Origin: Mytilus trossulus
Lineage: Eukaryota
NCBI RefSeq assembly: GCF_036588685.1
Contig: NC_086373.1
Coordinates: forward strand, 25,916,001 to 25,980,000
Length of the DNA stretch: 64,000 nt
Direction of reading: 5' to 3'
Part shown: in pieces, positions 1 to 13,900 of the stretch
How positions within the stretch are numbered: the stretch's first letter is position 1
Layout of the letters: each line of letters opens with the position of its first letter
The notes under the pieces: model-generated
What the model was told of the DNA's origin: nothing
Database searches by the model: none
What the model saw: only the letters and a program-made list of their open reading frames with translations
Program-made: the position numbers and the translations under genes

Positions 1-152
1 CTGTTTCGTGTTTTGTCAGACAGATTTTGTTTCATGTACATATATGAATTGAACTATTATCCCATACGGTAAATACAATTGTTGAGTTACATTGCTAACA
101 AATACAAAAGTACATTGTGTATGAATAATAAAATAACATCTGCACACGTTTA

Positions 153-2257
153 TGCCCGTGTCACACTGTCGCGATTTTTATATGCGATGGACACCCGAAT
201 GCGAAAATTGTAAGTTCGTACGAAGTTGGTCCCGATCTCGTTGAAATACCAAAAAGTGACGGAAGCAAGTACGATGAATAACGAAGTCTATACGATGGTG
301 CCGAAATCATATACGATAGCAAAAGATAGACATACGGAGGTTAACCGAAGACGGTTATTTAAGCTTCATAACTCAACCGAAGCCTACACGATGGATCACG
401 AAGGCTACACGATGGATTACGAAGGCTACACGATTGATTACGATGATGGCGCGATGGCCATACGATGTATAAAAGACGTCGTGTACAGCTTACGATAAGT
501 ATACAAACGATCTAAAAATGCGTTCTACCTGTTTTGAACTTTTTTATGATACGAACAGAATTTCGACAACATATCGTTTCTGTACAAGTCTGCCATGCAT
601 GGTGGGAAATCGATCTTTTTGTCTTATTCTTATAAAACTTAGTTTAACATACCCTCGCCTACTACATGTAAGTTGCGTGTAGATAAAATTGTTATGGACA
701 CTCTAGAACCAAAATGTTTAAAACTTGGTATGGTATTACTCGTTAGGGTTGAAAGGTCAAGGTCACAGTGGCAGTCGTAATACAAGGCAATACCACCCTT
801 GTTGACACTCTCAAACCAATATGCTTCAAAAGATTTTAACCACATTTGGTATATACTTCCTCCGTGTAATGATCTGACATTTTTTACGTTCAAGGTCAAA
901 GGTCAAGGTCATGCAGATGGACTTGTTTTTTCTCCTTAAAATAGCAGAATACACAGGAAATTGGTTGCTCCATTTTTTACCTGCTTATTCTAAAGACAAT
1001 ATTAAAGGTATTTCCAGTTACTGACTCTTTTGTTTGATTTCTAAAAGAATAGTTTATGTATCAAAGATGCATATTCAATTTACCATTTTCTGCATGTGTC
1101 ATATAAAAATAAAGTGTTCATATTTGTCCCCAATATGTTACATACGAGGGGATGCCACCGCTCGGCATTGCCTTGTTTGAACTGTTAAATGAGTGCACTA
1201 GTCTAAATAATCACCCATAATTATGCCCATGTTTACTGATCTATCTTAAATGTAGGTAATGGGTTCGTTGATCCCTTTTATTTAAAAAGAGCTCTTTACA
1301 GGAGAATATCATAACAATATATACAAAAGGAAAGAAGTGGGGAAAGCAACAAATGCGGCAAAATATGACATATAGAAAACAAAATGGTTATGGAGTAAAC
1401 GTACGTGTGACAACAACTCAGACGATACATAAAAAATCAGAATAATGAAGAAAAAGTTGGCCTTTCCCTATATACATGAATATGCAGTGTTAGTGTATGA
1501 GGCGCGTTTATGATTTTCATTGTGTTCCTTGATGTGAAAAATTTACAAAAAATAATATTTTGATTGTAAAAGTAAATCCTGAGCCTGTAATAGCTGCTCT
1601 TCTTGTTCTATTTGAATTGATAGAAACAACGCTGTCGTCTTTCTTGTTCTGATAGAATCATAGGATATGAGCTCCATGTTTTTTAACGTCTTTTTCAACT
1701 GTCGTATCAAACTGACCAGTGCATATCGCGACTGGCACTTTAAATTATTTTAGCGCGAAAATTAACTTACATTTAGCTGAATTTATTGCCGTCGTAGTTC
1801 CATCTTGTCGCCTTCGTACTTTAATTCGATGGCAACACGACGGTATTACAAGGTCTTCACGAAGTCGTGTTTCCATCGTAAGACCTTCTGGTAGCTTCGT
1901 GATTCATTCGTGTAGACATCGTAATGTCAAAACTGCCCGATGGAAACGATGGAAACACGAATGCAATACGATGTTCAAAGATGCATTCCCGGTGACATTA
2001 CGATGGTGAGGATGGTGATACGAACTCAATACGAACCCTCAACATCGGACGCACCTTCGGCGATTTTTTAACATGTTAAAAAATTAAGAACCCTTCCCGA
2101 AGTTGTCCCCGAATTCTAGAAAAAGTGGCCGATGGTTCCACGATGGTTAAAGATTGCATTACGAATAGCCCGATCTGGATACGATCAGTCCCGATTTTGG
2201 AAATTTCCCTAATCGTGATGACATCGGCGTAAAAATCGGGACAGTGTGACGCGGGCA
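153..2257. mobile_element. Non-autonomous PIF/Harbinger-like DNA transposon (~2.1 kb)
   Basis: TIRs TGCCCGTGTCACACTGTCGCGATTTT (153-) and AAAATCGGGACAGTGTGACGCGGGCA (-2257); TTA TSD at 150-152 and 2258-2260; CpG-rich subterminal arms; no transposase ORF. Confidence 0.8.
378..445 (+). repeat. 21-bp tandem repeat (about 3 copies) in the transposon arm
   Basis: CGAAG(C/G)CTACACGATGGAT(C/T)A repeated; explains the EGYTMD(H/Y) periodicity of ORF 226..498. Confidence 0.75.
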
Positions 2258-2409
2258 TTAAGAAATACATGTATCAATATCTAGATTCGCCGTACATGAC
2301 AAGGTAAATTACGATAATTGAAGTTATATGTTTATATAGCGGATGTGGTCGAATGTCTGGAGCATTAGACATGAACCTAGTTTGTCAGCATAAAAATCTA
2401 GCTCTTATT

Positions 2410-3450
2410 ACAAAAAAGAAGATTTGATATGAGTGTTAATGAGACAAACTCTCTAAAAGAGACCAAACGGCACAGAAATTGACAACTATGGGTCATCGTA
2501 CAGCCTTACACCAATAATCAAAGTCCTTAATGTTTTGTCAGCTATTAGAGGACCCGTAATGACAAATGGAAGACAATTCAAACGAGGAAACTAACGGTCT
2601 AATTTGTGTTCACGTGCTAACGGAAAAAAATGTTACACATCAATAAACGACAACCGCTTAATTATAGGCTCTTGACGTGGGACAGGCAAATACATACAGT
2701 ATATGGCGGGGTTAAACATATTAGCGAGATATCAACCCTCCCCTAACCTGGGACAGTGGTGCAACATTACAACATAAGAACGAACTAAAAATAGTTAAAA
2801 GAGGCTGAACCCATCAGATGAATACAAATAGAAATACAACTAACAAAACCACAGAGTGGAAATGGCCGGGTAATTTTATATCCCAGCAACAAAAGGACAA
2901 TAAGTACTGATATGAGAGTACTCGCAGTTGCTGACATCCAGTTCGAAGCAACCTACAACTGATAAAAAAATCATGCATCTTTGTAAGACTACCTTATCAA
3001 TTAGTACACATTCAACATCCAATGGATTAAATGTAAAGACGTCATAAACAGTCAGTGAGAAACATGACCATGTACAATGCCAATACACGGGCATCGACAG
3101 ATTGTAGATCCATGAATGTGAATATGTATATAACAATACATGTAACATTTAGTTTGCTTTCAATTTACTGATAACAAATTCAATATTAATACCAATAAAA
3201 ACAATATTCAATTATATAATTACAGTGTTAAATTGGTAAACATTTATAATAAGTTTTTTTAAAGGATCGATAAGTTTAACAGGATTGAACTAAGTTTCGG
3301 TACGGTAAGCAACATTTCCGTAGAATTAGGATGCGCCATCCCGTTTGAAATAATCTTTTACAGGTACAACCAAACTTTTAAACCAAAGCGTTATACCTAC
3401 GGAGGAATTTAGTAGAGGTTTTAAGTAATTTGTGGTAACGAAATCCTGAT
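2410..3450 (-). mobile_element. Degraded Penelope-like retroelement 3' portion (RT C-terminus plus terminal repeat region)
   Basis: Minus strand about 3446-3300 reads GFRYHKLLKTSTKFLRRYNALV*KFGCTCKR..ISNGMAHP.FYGNVAYR with a stop and a frameshift, resembling the molluscan Penelope-like RT C-terminus. It continues into the abundant GAGACAACTCTC repeat. Confidence 0.65.
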
Positions 3451-4047
3451 GGGTTCAATTTTCTGAATTGGTATCTATAAAATCATCCTGTACGACGAAC
3501 ATATTCATTGACACTAGTAAACAAATTTGGTCATGTTGATCGTAACGTCTCTACAATGTTGATGTATTTTGATGTAAGGATTACACTCCTGTTGTAAAGT
3601 ACTATAGCGTGTACTAGCACAGATGTAACGTGTCAATACGGGTATAAAAACGCCGTTAATGCGGCATAACGTTGAATGTTAAAACTGGAGCTACGGCCAA
3701 TCTGTAAGGTTTACCATGTTAAGCAACAAAACAGCATATGCTCTGTAACAATTTCAGATAAGATAAAGCCGACAAGGACACGCATTTATTAACTAAATGA
3801 AGCATTAATTTATACAGCCTAATTGATTGAATGATCTAGGACATAGTGTAGGGAATGATACAGGGAGTAAATATAAACTAACGGATATATTAAATTTGGA
3901 CGAATTTTCAAAAAATATAGATATTATATAAATTGAAGTATTTGCCTTTTATAACCATATTAGATCCGTCGGAGAACATCATCTGTCATATAATTTTCTC
4001 GTATTTAGTAAACAGTAATGATCCTACATACAATGTCAAATACATAC

Positions 4048-7000
4048 CAAAACAGTGTAATTTTTCATCAACTGTAATTTTACATAATTGACCCGGTCGT
4101 GGAAGGGATTTCTTCTTTCCAGCGGTTTACTTAACTTGTACAAAGGAAAAATCTACAAGAAAATGTTTTTACTGATATAGTTATATGATGTTGTGTGTTT
4201 TTTTATGCACAGTAATGTGACACTCATAATAACTGTGAAGATGTCTTTTCTTTTTAGTTCATTCGTGAAATTTTATTAGTCGTTGCGTTGTATACAATTA
4301 TGTATTTATATATTATATATCGATCGTAGAGGGTCGATTCCGCTTTGATTAAAAGACTTGGGCCATGTCTTCCTCTAACCTAGAACCTATAAATTAACAC
4401 GTTAAGACATGTATCCGTATACCATTCTAGTGCAAATCAGATTAAAATTGCTTATTGCAATATTATATGTACAGCTGGACTACAAAATTACTATTTTAAA
4501 ATGTTATGCTATGTCTAAACTAAATTATGATCGGAAACCGCCATTGCCATTTAATTTACAGTAATAAATTATTATTTAAAACACTAAGGTTTCTCTTTGG
4601 TCAGTCATAAGGTGGACCAACTCAAATATCCCCACGTCCTTTGAACTCTGTTAGATAATTGTCTCATTGAAAGTCAAACCACAACTCCTAATGTTCAAAC
4701 AATTTTTTGTGAAATTTTGGTTTAAAATATTGTTTTACTTCATTCCTGAAATTTTGATTTGAGCGCCACTGGAGAGTCATATATAGGCAAAACACACATC
4801 TGACGTTTTAAGATTATAAGCTTGTCATTTTAATGAGTATTTACAACCACTTGGTCGATGGCACTAACGTCGTCACATATGATAACACCAGCCCAGATAT
4901 TGTGTTGACATGGAATATCTTTGATACTTTGATACGGTCATTGCATATTTATTTACTGTTAATGAACCCCGAAACATCATGCTTCACCCATAAATAGATA
5001 GACGAATGGAGATTTGAGAGGTTTACGGATTTTTCATTCCGTTATTTTATATCTTATAGATAATGCATTCTACGGTTTTAGTTTGTAACACGGATTTGTT
5101 TTCTCCAATTCGATTTATGATTTTTGAATAGCGGTATTCTAATAATGCCTTTATTTCCAGTAAAGTCATACAACTTATTCTTACTTGCGATTTTTCTTTC
5201 GAATTCCTCTTGTGATTCACATATGTTTCCTCTTTTAAAGCAATAACCTTCCCGTTTTGGTTCATGAAAATCACGTCAAACCATAATTTGTAAAACGAAC
5301 ATGTTTGTAGTACGGCAACACAGTTAGAGAAGTTTATACGTAAATAATCTGTATTGACAGTTATATTATTGAAACAGCGACATAAACATCCTGTAGAATA
5401 AAATGAATGAAATTATTCATCACATTAAATCAAATGCAAAATTTCAAAATGAGTTTCATTAATAAAATTTCTCTTTAACTAATGAGACAATATAATACAC
5501 ATATGTAACCAAAAACTTGGAGTGATCTCAAGTGCTCTGGAATGATAAGCTGATCCTACTCAACAAGTAGAACTCGTAAAGCTGATCTTGTTATCACAAA
5601 CCAAGTATTTAGTCAAATTCGGTAGGTCACATTCGAGTATAAACCATCAACATGAAACCAGATCTGAAGTATTTTCAAGCAACAAAAGAGGTATGATAAT
5701 CATAAATGTTGTCTCCTTTTACAATAAAGTTGATTTTTCCTATTATTTTTTTTTTGCATTGGATGGGAAAATCTTGTTGATTTTTTTTTTAACGTTTTGA
5801 AATGTAATTTGATTATCATTTGATATAGCAATATCCGCATTTCTAATAGATATAGGAAGATGTGGTGTGAGTGCCAATGAGACAACTCTCCATCCAAATA
5901 ACAATTTAAAAATTAAACCATTATAGGTTAAAGTACGGCCTTCAACACGGAGCCTTGGCTCACACCGAACAACAAGCTATAAAGGGCCCCAAAATTACTA
6001 GTGTAAAACCATTCAAACGGGAAAACCAACGGTCTAATCTATATAAACAAAACGAGAAACGAGAAACACGTATATATAACATAAACAAACGACAACTACT
6101 GTACATCAGATTCCTGACTTAGGACAGGTGCAAACATTTGCAGCGGGATTAAACGTTTTAATGGGCCCAAACCTTCTCCCTTTTTCTGAAACAATAGCAT
6201 AACATCACAACATATAAAAACATACGATAAAATATCAATTAGCAGACTTAACTCAATCAAAAAACGTATGATTACACAAAGACTAAATAAGTGTCACTGA
6301 CCCCATTAAATTTCCTCGATAACAGTTTTCGATGTTTTCCTTTATATCAAAAAGGCACTATAGAAAAATGGCAAACAGTATAAGGAAAGAAATTAAGAAG
6401 AATAATTTTGCAAATTAGAATTTCTTTACCTTTCAGATTGTATCCTGGTGTTTGACACGTCCTGTTCTCTGGAATGAAACACTGATTTTCGTTATGTCCA
6501 AAGACTAAAAATATAAAATAATGCTTATGAGACATGCATTTTCAACAAAAAAGGGTCTTTTTGTTTAGCTCTTGCTTAGTAAACATTGGGTCTACAATTT
6601 TATACATTATAAATTTTCTTCCAGAAAAAAAGTTGTGTGCTATGAACAATGAAAGCATTCTGATACTTTCAACCTACGATGAACGCTTAACGTAATAGTT
6701 TTTTCACTACAGTAAGTAACTATCTTTGAATAAAAGCTGTTCGGATGTCAGTCGTAGTTTTTTTTCTAAAATAAAGTGCTTTAAAATGAATAGATGAAAG
6801 ATTGTAAACAGCTTCTATAATTATCAAATACAATTTTCTTGGTTGGTAATTAAATATTAAGGAAATACAAACATCTGAATTTGTACATTTCGAATCTTGA
6901 ATATGAAACTAGTGGTTTCTTTAGAGATTGTATTTTGATAAGTTGAATTTGATTTTCCTTGATGTTTCCTATACAACTCATAACTTATCTACGTATTCGA

Positions 7001-7237
7001 ACCTCCCAATGGTTTAAATGTTTGGGTTTGAACGTATCTGGTAAAGGTAAATGATTTTAAATGCAGAAAAAATAGGCTCGGTTGTACAATATTTATGAAG
7101 CGTTGTTTACATTTGTTAAAAGTTTTAACAGTAAAATTATAAACATCTATTTAATTTACTTGTTAGGTTTCATTGCACCCAAAATAACGAAAATTACCTG
7201 ATATAAGAAGGCTAGAAATGATCACAATCCGCAACAT
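4048..7237 (-). CDS. Cys-rich receptor-family paralogue C (signal peptide plus ectodomain; 3' end not found in window)
   Basis: Exons 7237-7198, 6504-6430, 5390-5185, 4152-4048, all GT-AG with phases 1,1,0,0 as in the two paralogues. 142 aa: MLRIVIISSLLISVFG|HNENQCFIPENRTCQTPGYNLKGCLCRCFNN...CVAVLQTCSFYKLWFDV...IFPLYKL...KLQLMKNYTVL. Confidence 0.8.
4755..4970 (+). repeat. Decayed hammerhead-retrozyme-type repeat
   Basis: GAGCGCCACTGGAGAGTCATATATAGGCAAAACACACATCTGACG is a mutated version of the type I HHR core (CTGATGAG..GAAAC..GTC). Related copies at about 17145, 18496, 18561 and 22026. Confidence 0.5.
5845..6285 (+). repeat. Abundant interspersed SINE-like repeat (~430 bp), young copy
   Basis: Near-identical inverted copy at about 47160-47575. 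Older partial copies at about 13070-13200, 14995-15240, 30710-31060 and 48045-48170 share the AAGATGTGGT..GCCAATGAGACAACTCTCCA motif. Confidence 0.75.
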
Positions 7238-7860
7238 GACTTATATCAGAAGACACAAAAATTCTTCATAAAATCTTATTATCCTCAGACACTGAAATGT
7301 CAAATCGTTTTCCTCACATTTTGTGGCTCCATTTGCATCCGCTAAAACAAAATGTGTTCCTTAAAAGTTATAAAAAATCCATTTCAACTCATTATACATA
7401 ATAATTATAGTGCAGTTGTTTACAGAATGAGCCTATGCTAATCCTCGTTGTAGTTTTTTTATTTTTCATTCATCAAAATAAAGCTTGTTTTAAATCTCAA
7501 ACCAAAAATAACAAATGCAGATATTTTATTTAATTACTAATGGTGTGTTTTCAATCTTTCTAAATATCTGCTTCGTTTTATTGTCACAGTTATACAAACT
7601 TTCAACAAAACAATTAAACAGAGCGTTCAAAGTTTCCATTTATGAACAATTTTCTTTTGTTAAGAGACAATCATTTGTTTGTTTTTAAAAGGTGTCAGAT
7701 TATTATTGTTTTTGATTATATTCCCTTTAAACCTTTCCAATTGTGTATATAATGATCATATATTTCTGAATTACAACATTACGTAATAAAAAAGTTAATA
7801 TTATGCTTATATTATGCACTGTTGTGATATTTCTTGATATCTTTTTATTACATATATTGT

Positions 7861-8012
7861 AATATACAAATATTGCCTTTGTATGAGGTCGATTTTAGGA
7901 TATATTGACCTGAAAGAAGTATATTGACTGAGGACAAAGTCCGAGGTCGATATACTTCTTTGGGTCGATGTATCCTGTATTGACCTTATACAGAGGATTT
8001 ATTTGTTATATT
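7861..8012. repeat. Imperfect ~150-bp palindrome (foldback)
   Basis: TGTATGAGGTC / GACCTTATACA, AGGATATATTGACC / GGTCGATGTATCCT and AAAGAAGTATATTGAC / GTCGATATACTTCTTT pair around a GGAC-AAA-GTCC centre. Confidence 0.75.
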
Positions 8013-10990
8013 ATTAATTTCAGACCATTATGCATATTTGAATCAAAATCGTCATTTGATTTTGTTTGAAAGATATCATATTGTCTTCTTGACAATAACA
8101 ACATATTACTTTTTATCTATCTTTTTTTTTTTTTTTTGTAATTGAAGATTATTTTCGTCAAATAATCGATCACAGATATCATTTGTTTCAAAACGTTTAA
8201 CGATATCCTGAAATTCATTACATGACGTCACAAAGTAAATCGGATTTTAAATATTCTAAAAATAACCGTGCAATATGCTCTGTGCAATATGCTTTTTGCT
8301 ATCCGCCGTTTTCTCTCTACCTTCGAAAATGTGGTTTAACATGTGACTATCCCTAAACGAATCAAAGTTGTTAAAATATACGAATTAATCAAATAAACTT
8401 ATATTAACGTATATCTGTCGAAAATACACGATTGGTTTGTATGAGATTTGAAACTACGAAGAAAATCAGGGCTTGTCCGCCTTTTCCTGTTTCTTAGCGA
8501 CTATTTTTTTTATTATATTTGAATATTTGCGACAATTAAATTATATGTTTTCCTTTTTGAAAAGCCATCCATTGCTTTGACTCAAGTGGAGTATTCAAGT
8601 GGAGAATATGACGTAAACAGTAATTTAACTATAAAAGTTCGAACATATCAGAATTAGGATACTAATTGACAATATTTGTGTACTAAACAATTTGTGCTTA
8701 AGTAAATTTGTAAGACCTTTTTTTATATCATAATATGACAAACTCTTACTCTTACAGTAATATTTAATAAATATTATTATGATTGCAGATCTATTACGTC
8801 TGTTCAATTCATTTGAGAAAATAAAACAACGATTGAATAATGGTAGAGATTCTTGACATATCTTAAATAACATTTGGCTTTACTTTAGGTGCTTTTGGTT
8901 TGGATCACGTGTAAACTTTGTATACGGTTTTGGATTTGAACTTTCTATTGTTTTAGCTTATAGCTTCATTTATTTGACTTTGGTTGTCGATTTGCTCATC
9001 TTTTGCAAACAAATAATACTGTTCGTGTATTTACTATCACTTTTTTAAAACATTTTTAAGTGGTAAGTTAGTCCTATAGGGTATAATCAACCCCGGAGAC
9101 AACTTCTGTTATAATTATAGGTTGAAAATACGGGGGTGTCGTGTTTGAATTTGACTGTTTCAAGATTTCGAAATAATTTTTTATTAAGAAATGTATCTTC
9201 TTCATTCATTGTTCTGTTCGTTGTCCGGGTTTAGCTTACTTTCGGTCATTTATGAATTTATCAGTTCTTCAACTTTTTCATTATGTTTAGGTCTTATATA
9301 TTTTGATCTCGAGCATCAATTAACAAAATACTGACGTTATTTATTATATGTATTAAGTGTTACAGTGTTCTTTTTATTTGCCGTTGTATATTTCCATTCT
9401 TTACTATTTAGTCTATCCTTTTGGCGTGGCAAGTAATTTGTACATCCTGCCATTGTGTTATTATGCTATGGTTATTTTTGTATTGTTCTTTTCCATTTTG
9501 ACTATGTGCTTTAAGCGTGTCTGTATGACTTTTTTCTTTGTTGACCGAGTTGTTCGTTTTAATAGTGATTGAGATTGTGATTATTAATATAGCATCGACT
9601 GATGTATCTACATTTTTGACAAAGTTACCTATTATGTCTGTTTGTTTTGCTCACTCATTGTAGTTGATATAATGGAATTCTATGCGACTGTCATAAAATT
9701 TATGTGTTTAGCCAGCTACAACATAAGGTTTAATTAACCGTTTTTCTGCAAAAAGACATGCCTGTGCCAAGTCAAGAATAATGTGTTTGTTTTGGTTGCG
9801 CTTCAGTGATTTTGTTGTTTCGTTGTTTTCCTCTCAGAGTTGATGTGTTTCCCTCGGTTTTAATATGTAATCCGGATTTGTTTTCTCTCAACCGATTTAT
9901 GACTTTAGAACAGCGGTAAACTAATGTGCCTTTATTTAGGCATTTTAATTTGCCTTTTGTTCTCTGTTTGACTTTTTCTTGAAGTTTTTTTTTCTTAAAT
10001 TATTTTACCTGTAATAATTAGATTGGTTTAGAGTTTTGTGTCTTTGAAACATATTCAGTATTTCTATTCTCATAAAGGATTCAAAATATAAAATAACAAA
10101 AATACCGAACCCCGAGGATAATTTAAAACAAAAAGTCTCTAATCAAATAGGAAAATCAAAAGCTGAAACACCTGTATTGATAAATACACATATTCATGGT
10201 ATTATATCCTGTTTTATCTTGCAAAATCACAAACAGTGCATGAAAATCGTCATAAAAGGGCAATAACTCAATAACATAATAATTTTACTTATTTGTAGAT
10301 TTTAATGGTTATTTTTGTTCGAAGCTTCTCTTAAGATATTATGATTTTCAAGATAAAAGATGAAAATAAAAAAAAATCCGATATTTGCGCCATTTAAGTA
10401 AAGGAAGTCATCTGACAGCTTTGATGTCATTAATCATTAGGTACATGTGATCATTTTAAACATTTTCTTTTCGTCAGATTTTTCTATCAAAAGCGGTTTT
10501 TGAGAAAAGAAACGAAAATTGTATTTTAATCCTGAGTACTATTTTTAGTCATGTCGGCCATTTATGAAACAGACGGGGTTATCAGATGCATTTTAAACTG
10601 GATACCCCATAGATTTTGGCCAACTTGGTTAAATTTTGGTTCAATAGTTTGAGAGGTATTGATCTTTGTAAAAATTAAAGGACAATGGAATACTAAAGAT
10701 GATAGACGACGGATCAGAAAATTTAACATTGCCATTCAGCCCTATAATATAAAGCAGGTTGGCATTTTAAAAGAAAACAACTGAAAAGGATTTAATTTGA
10801 AGTCTATTATTTCGCCGTTATAGGCTTCGGGTAGAACACGTATATTACAAAACGAGGCGAAAACAAAACATGAGTAATTTCATGAAAAATAAAGAAAGCA
10901 TGCATGGGTTAATATTTGTTTTATTTTCAACAATTTCTATGATCAGCTGTTTTACAATTTTTGTATGGATACATTTTTGAATATTTGACT

Positions 10991-13900
10991 TTAGTTTCTA
11001 GAATTTACTATATGAACTTGTTGTAAGGCACTCGAATATTCTATGTTATTATCGAGTAACTGACGTGCAGACCGTCGCCATTTACAGACAATAATAAACG
11101 CATTAACAGCCATCACGAACACAGCAAGAATACCCAGTATAATCGGAACAATCGGCAAGTTTTCTGGTCCATTTCGTTTTGCATTGATAGGACTTGTGCT
11201 GGTCTCCACTGGTATTTCTAAAAGCAATAACATGAAACTAAATCATATCAAAACATATTCACATCTTGACTTGAACATTGGCTTAACAAAAAATATATAT
11301 GCAATTCTCAATAAAGAACCTTTAGCTATCTTATGATATCTCACGCCACCAATGTGAAGGTGGAAAACCTTTTGATGGCCTGATAGCTTAGGTTTTGTTT
11401 CGGTTTAATTCAAGAAAGGTTTAAATTCGGTTTCGTTTTTCTGCAGTCATATTGTGCTAAAAAATCCTTTATCGACATTGACTTACCCTAGTGACTTAAA
11501 AATCTTGAACATTTTCTGCTCAAACAGTCTATTTATTTTCGGTAACTTTGGTCTTATCTCGTATGTAGTGACATCCATTTCAATATGGATATGTAATATC
11601 TAGCGCCTTAAATTCGATTTCTTTTAAAATTCTAGTCTTTTTTTCAAAGCTATGACCTTCACCTTTTAGGAATATGTTTATATATCACTTCACACACATA
11701 GACATCAAAATCAATTGAGATCTTGCTTTCGTATCCCAATGTTAACGTTTGTTTAGTATTTGATATAAAGTATTGTTCTTACCTATAAGACCTATAGATG
11801 CACAATTGTCGTCACAAATAGTGCAACCTGGCTGAATCTAAAACGATAATGTAATGTTCAAGGTATGTATCTCTATATCCCTATATAATCAGTTAATCTA
11901 TTGTTTTTTTATTTGGTCGGGATGTTGTCTCTTTGATACATTCCCCATTTCCATTCTCAATTTTAGCTCTTATATTGGGAAGATTTGACTAACAACTATT
12001 AGATATTTATATCTTAATGCTGATTTTTGCACTTTGTCGGTTAAGTAGGATATTCTTAACTTCGGATCAAGCAATACTTTGTGCTGAAAATTAAATAGAC
12101 AATTTGTTGTGTTGTACAACTTTGTGTTGCGTGTGCGCTTATTAGAACGAATCCGACACAATTTTCTCGTTTATTTGATATTTTGGATGTATAGGTTCTG
12201 GCCATAACTGTACAAGGCTCGTCTAGAAAACAAACATTTGTTTAACAAGTAGTTTACTACAAAAGAATACATGTTTTGTCCGATAGATTTATTCAAAAGA
12301 AGCAAACTATTGTGTTTTAATGCTTGTATAAATTGATTGGATATAAGGTTTATGTTTTTCTTATATCATTTTCACTTAAAAAGTAAAATTACAAAAATAC
12401 TGAACTCCGAGGGAAATTCAAAAATGAAAGTCCCTTATCAAATGGTAAAATCAAAAGCTCAAACACATGAAACTAATGGATAACAACGGTCAAATTTTCT
12501 GATTTGGTACAGTCATTTTCTAATGGAAAAGGGATGGATTAAATCTGGTTTCAAAGCTAACTAAACCTCTCACTTGTATAACAGTCGCATAAAATAATAC
12601 CAATGTCTCTTTATATTTGTTGTATTGAATTAATCCCTGAAACCATTGTAATCTTTATCATTATGTTATTGCCTTAATTTAAAATATTTTATTGTAAACG
12701 TATCCTTACTAAGACTGAATACGGTCTGTCTAGCTTCAGTTTACTATCCAGTGATCTTTTTAATCCATTTAAAAGCAATATCTGCAACAACAAAATGAAA
12801 GGTTATCGCTACCAAGAACACATTTTATTCAAGAACGGATAACATATGTTGACAAAGTAAATAGCTCTCATAATTTTTTTTTATTAATGCAATAGTAATG
12901 CGAAAATGCAATAAACATTATAAATTCATCATAAAACTTGAAAAAAAACTATGCTTACTATTTTTGGAGTGTGCAAAATTCTTTGCCTGTTTAAGATAAA
13001 TAACGTGCCTTTGGTTATCTTTTTAAATCGGATAACTGTTTGACTGTTCAACTGTTTGATTGGTTTTAAAACTTACTATGCGGTGTTGGTTTTAGCTCAT
13101 TTTTGAAGGCCGTACGATTACCTATATATGTTTGACTTCTACGCCATTCGGTCTTAAGTGGAGAGTTGTCTCATTGGCAATCATACCACTAGTTCTTATT
13201 TTAATTTTGATAATTTCACCTTACAACCTTGCCCACTGCTAACAAACATTAAAAACTGCGAAAAATAAAATCACCTTCGACCCGTTATCGGTTCTGTAGT
13301 TTGACATTATTGTCGTTTTATTGACAATATTTCCATTCTCGTCATGTATCTCTAACTCAAACCAAAATTTGTAGATATCACATTGTTCTAGAAGCTCCAT
13401 GCATGGAAAATATGATATTGTCAAGTCTATTCTGTTTATCGTAACATTCAAGCATTCACAAAAACAAACTGAAATAAATAAAAATTAATAACTAAACTGT
13501 AATAGCTTTACTTTTATTGGGATACAAGTTTTCTTTCATATATGCCCTTATAAACTAATAAGTTAAGATGTGTAAGTGATGAATACCATAATAAACAGAA
13601 ATATTTTGGAGTATTGAGCTACTCAGTAATAACTGCGTTAATTATAAATTCGATAGTTCACAAATCAAGGCGACTGCTTAAAACACATTTAGTTAACCAA
13701 CCTATACTGTCTACATCTGGTGGCATACAGGAAACGTTTCTTGTCAACGTACATGAATGCACTCCTGCGGCTAAAATATCAACAAAACAGGAGTTTTATA
13801 CCATGTAGTAATACGTTCAAAAAACGGAGTTGAATGTAAATCATCACGAAAGAATTACTAATAATAATTATGATGCAACCTTTGAATGTCTGTTCATAAG

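Noticed and set aside
226-498. 90-aa ORF with YTMD repeats (and ORF 1719..2009)
   Set aside because: Lies in transposon subterminal repeats; no protein motif.
750-912. AGGTCA direct repeats as nuclear-receptor elements
   Set aside because: Part of a common repeat nested inside a transposon; no functional evidence.
3500-3715. Possible frameshifted TM exon of paralogue C (LAVAPVLTFNVM..ALTAFL; RYSTLQQ)
   Set aside because: Needs several frameshifts and has no matching acceptor; may be chance.
8625-9240. Possible decayed cytoplasmic exon for paralogue B
   Set aside because: Only short fragments in mixed frames with stops; similarity to the tail of A is not convincing by eye.
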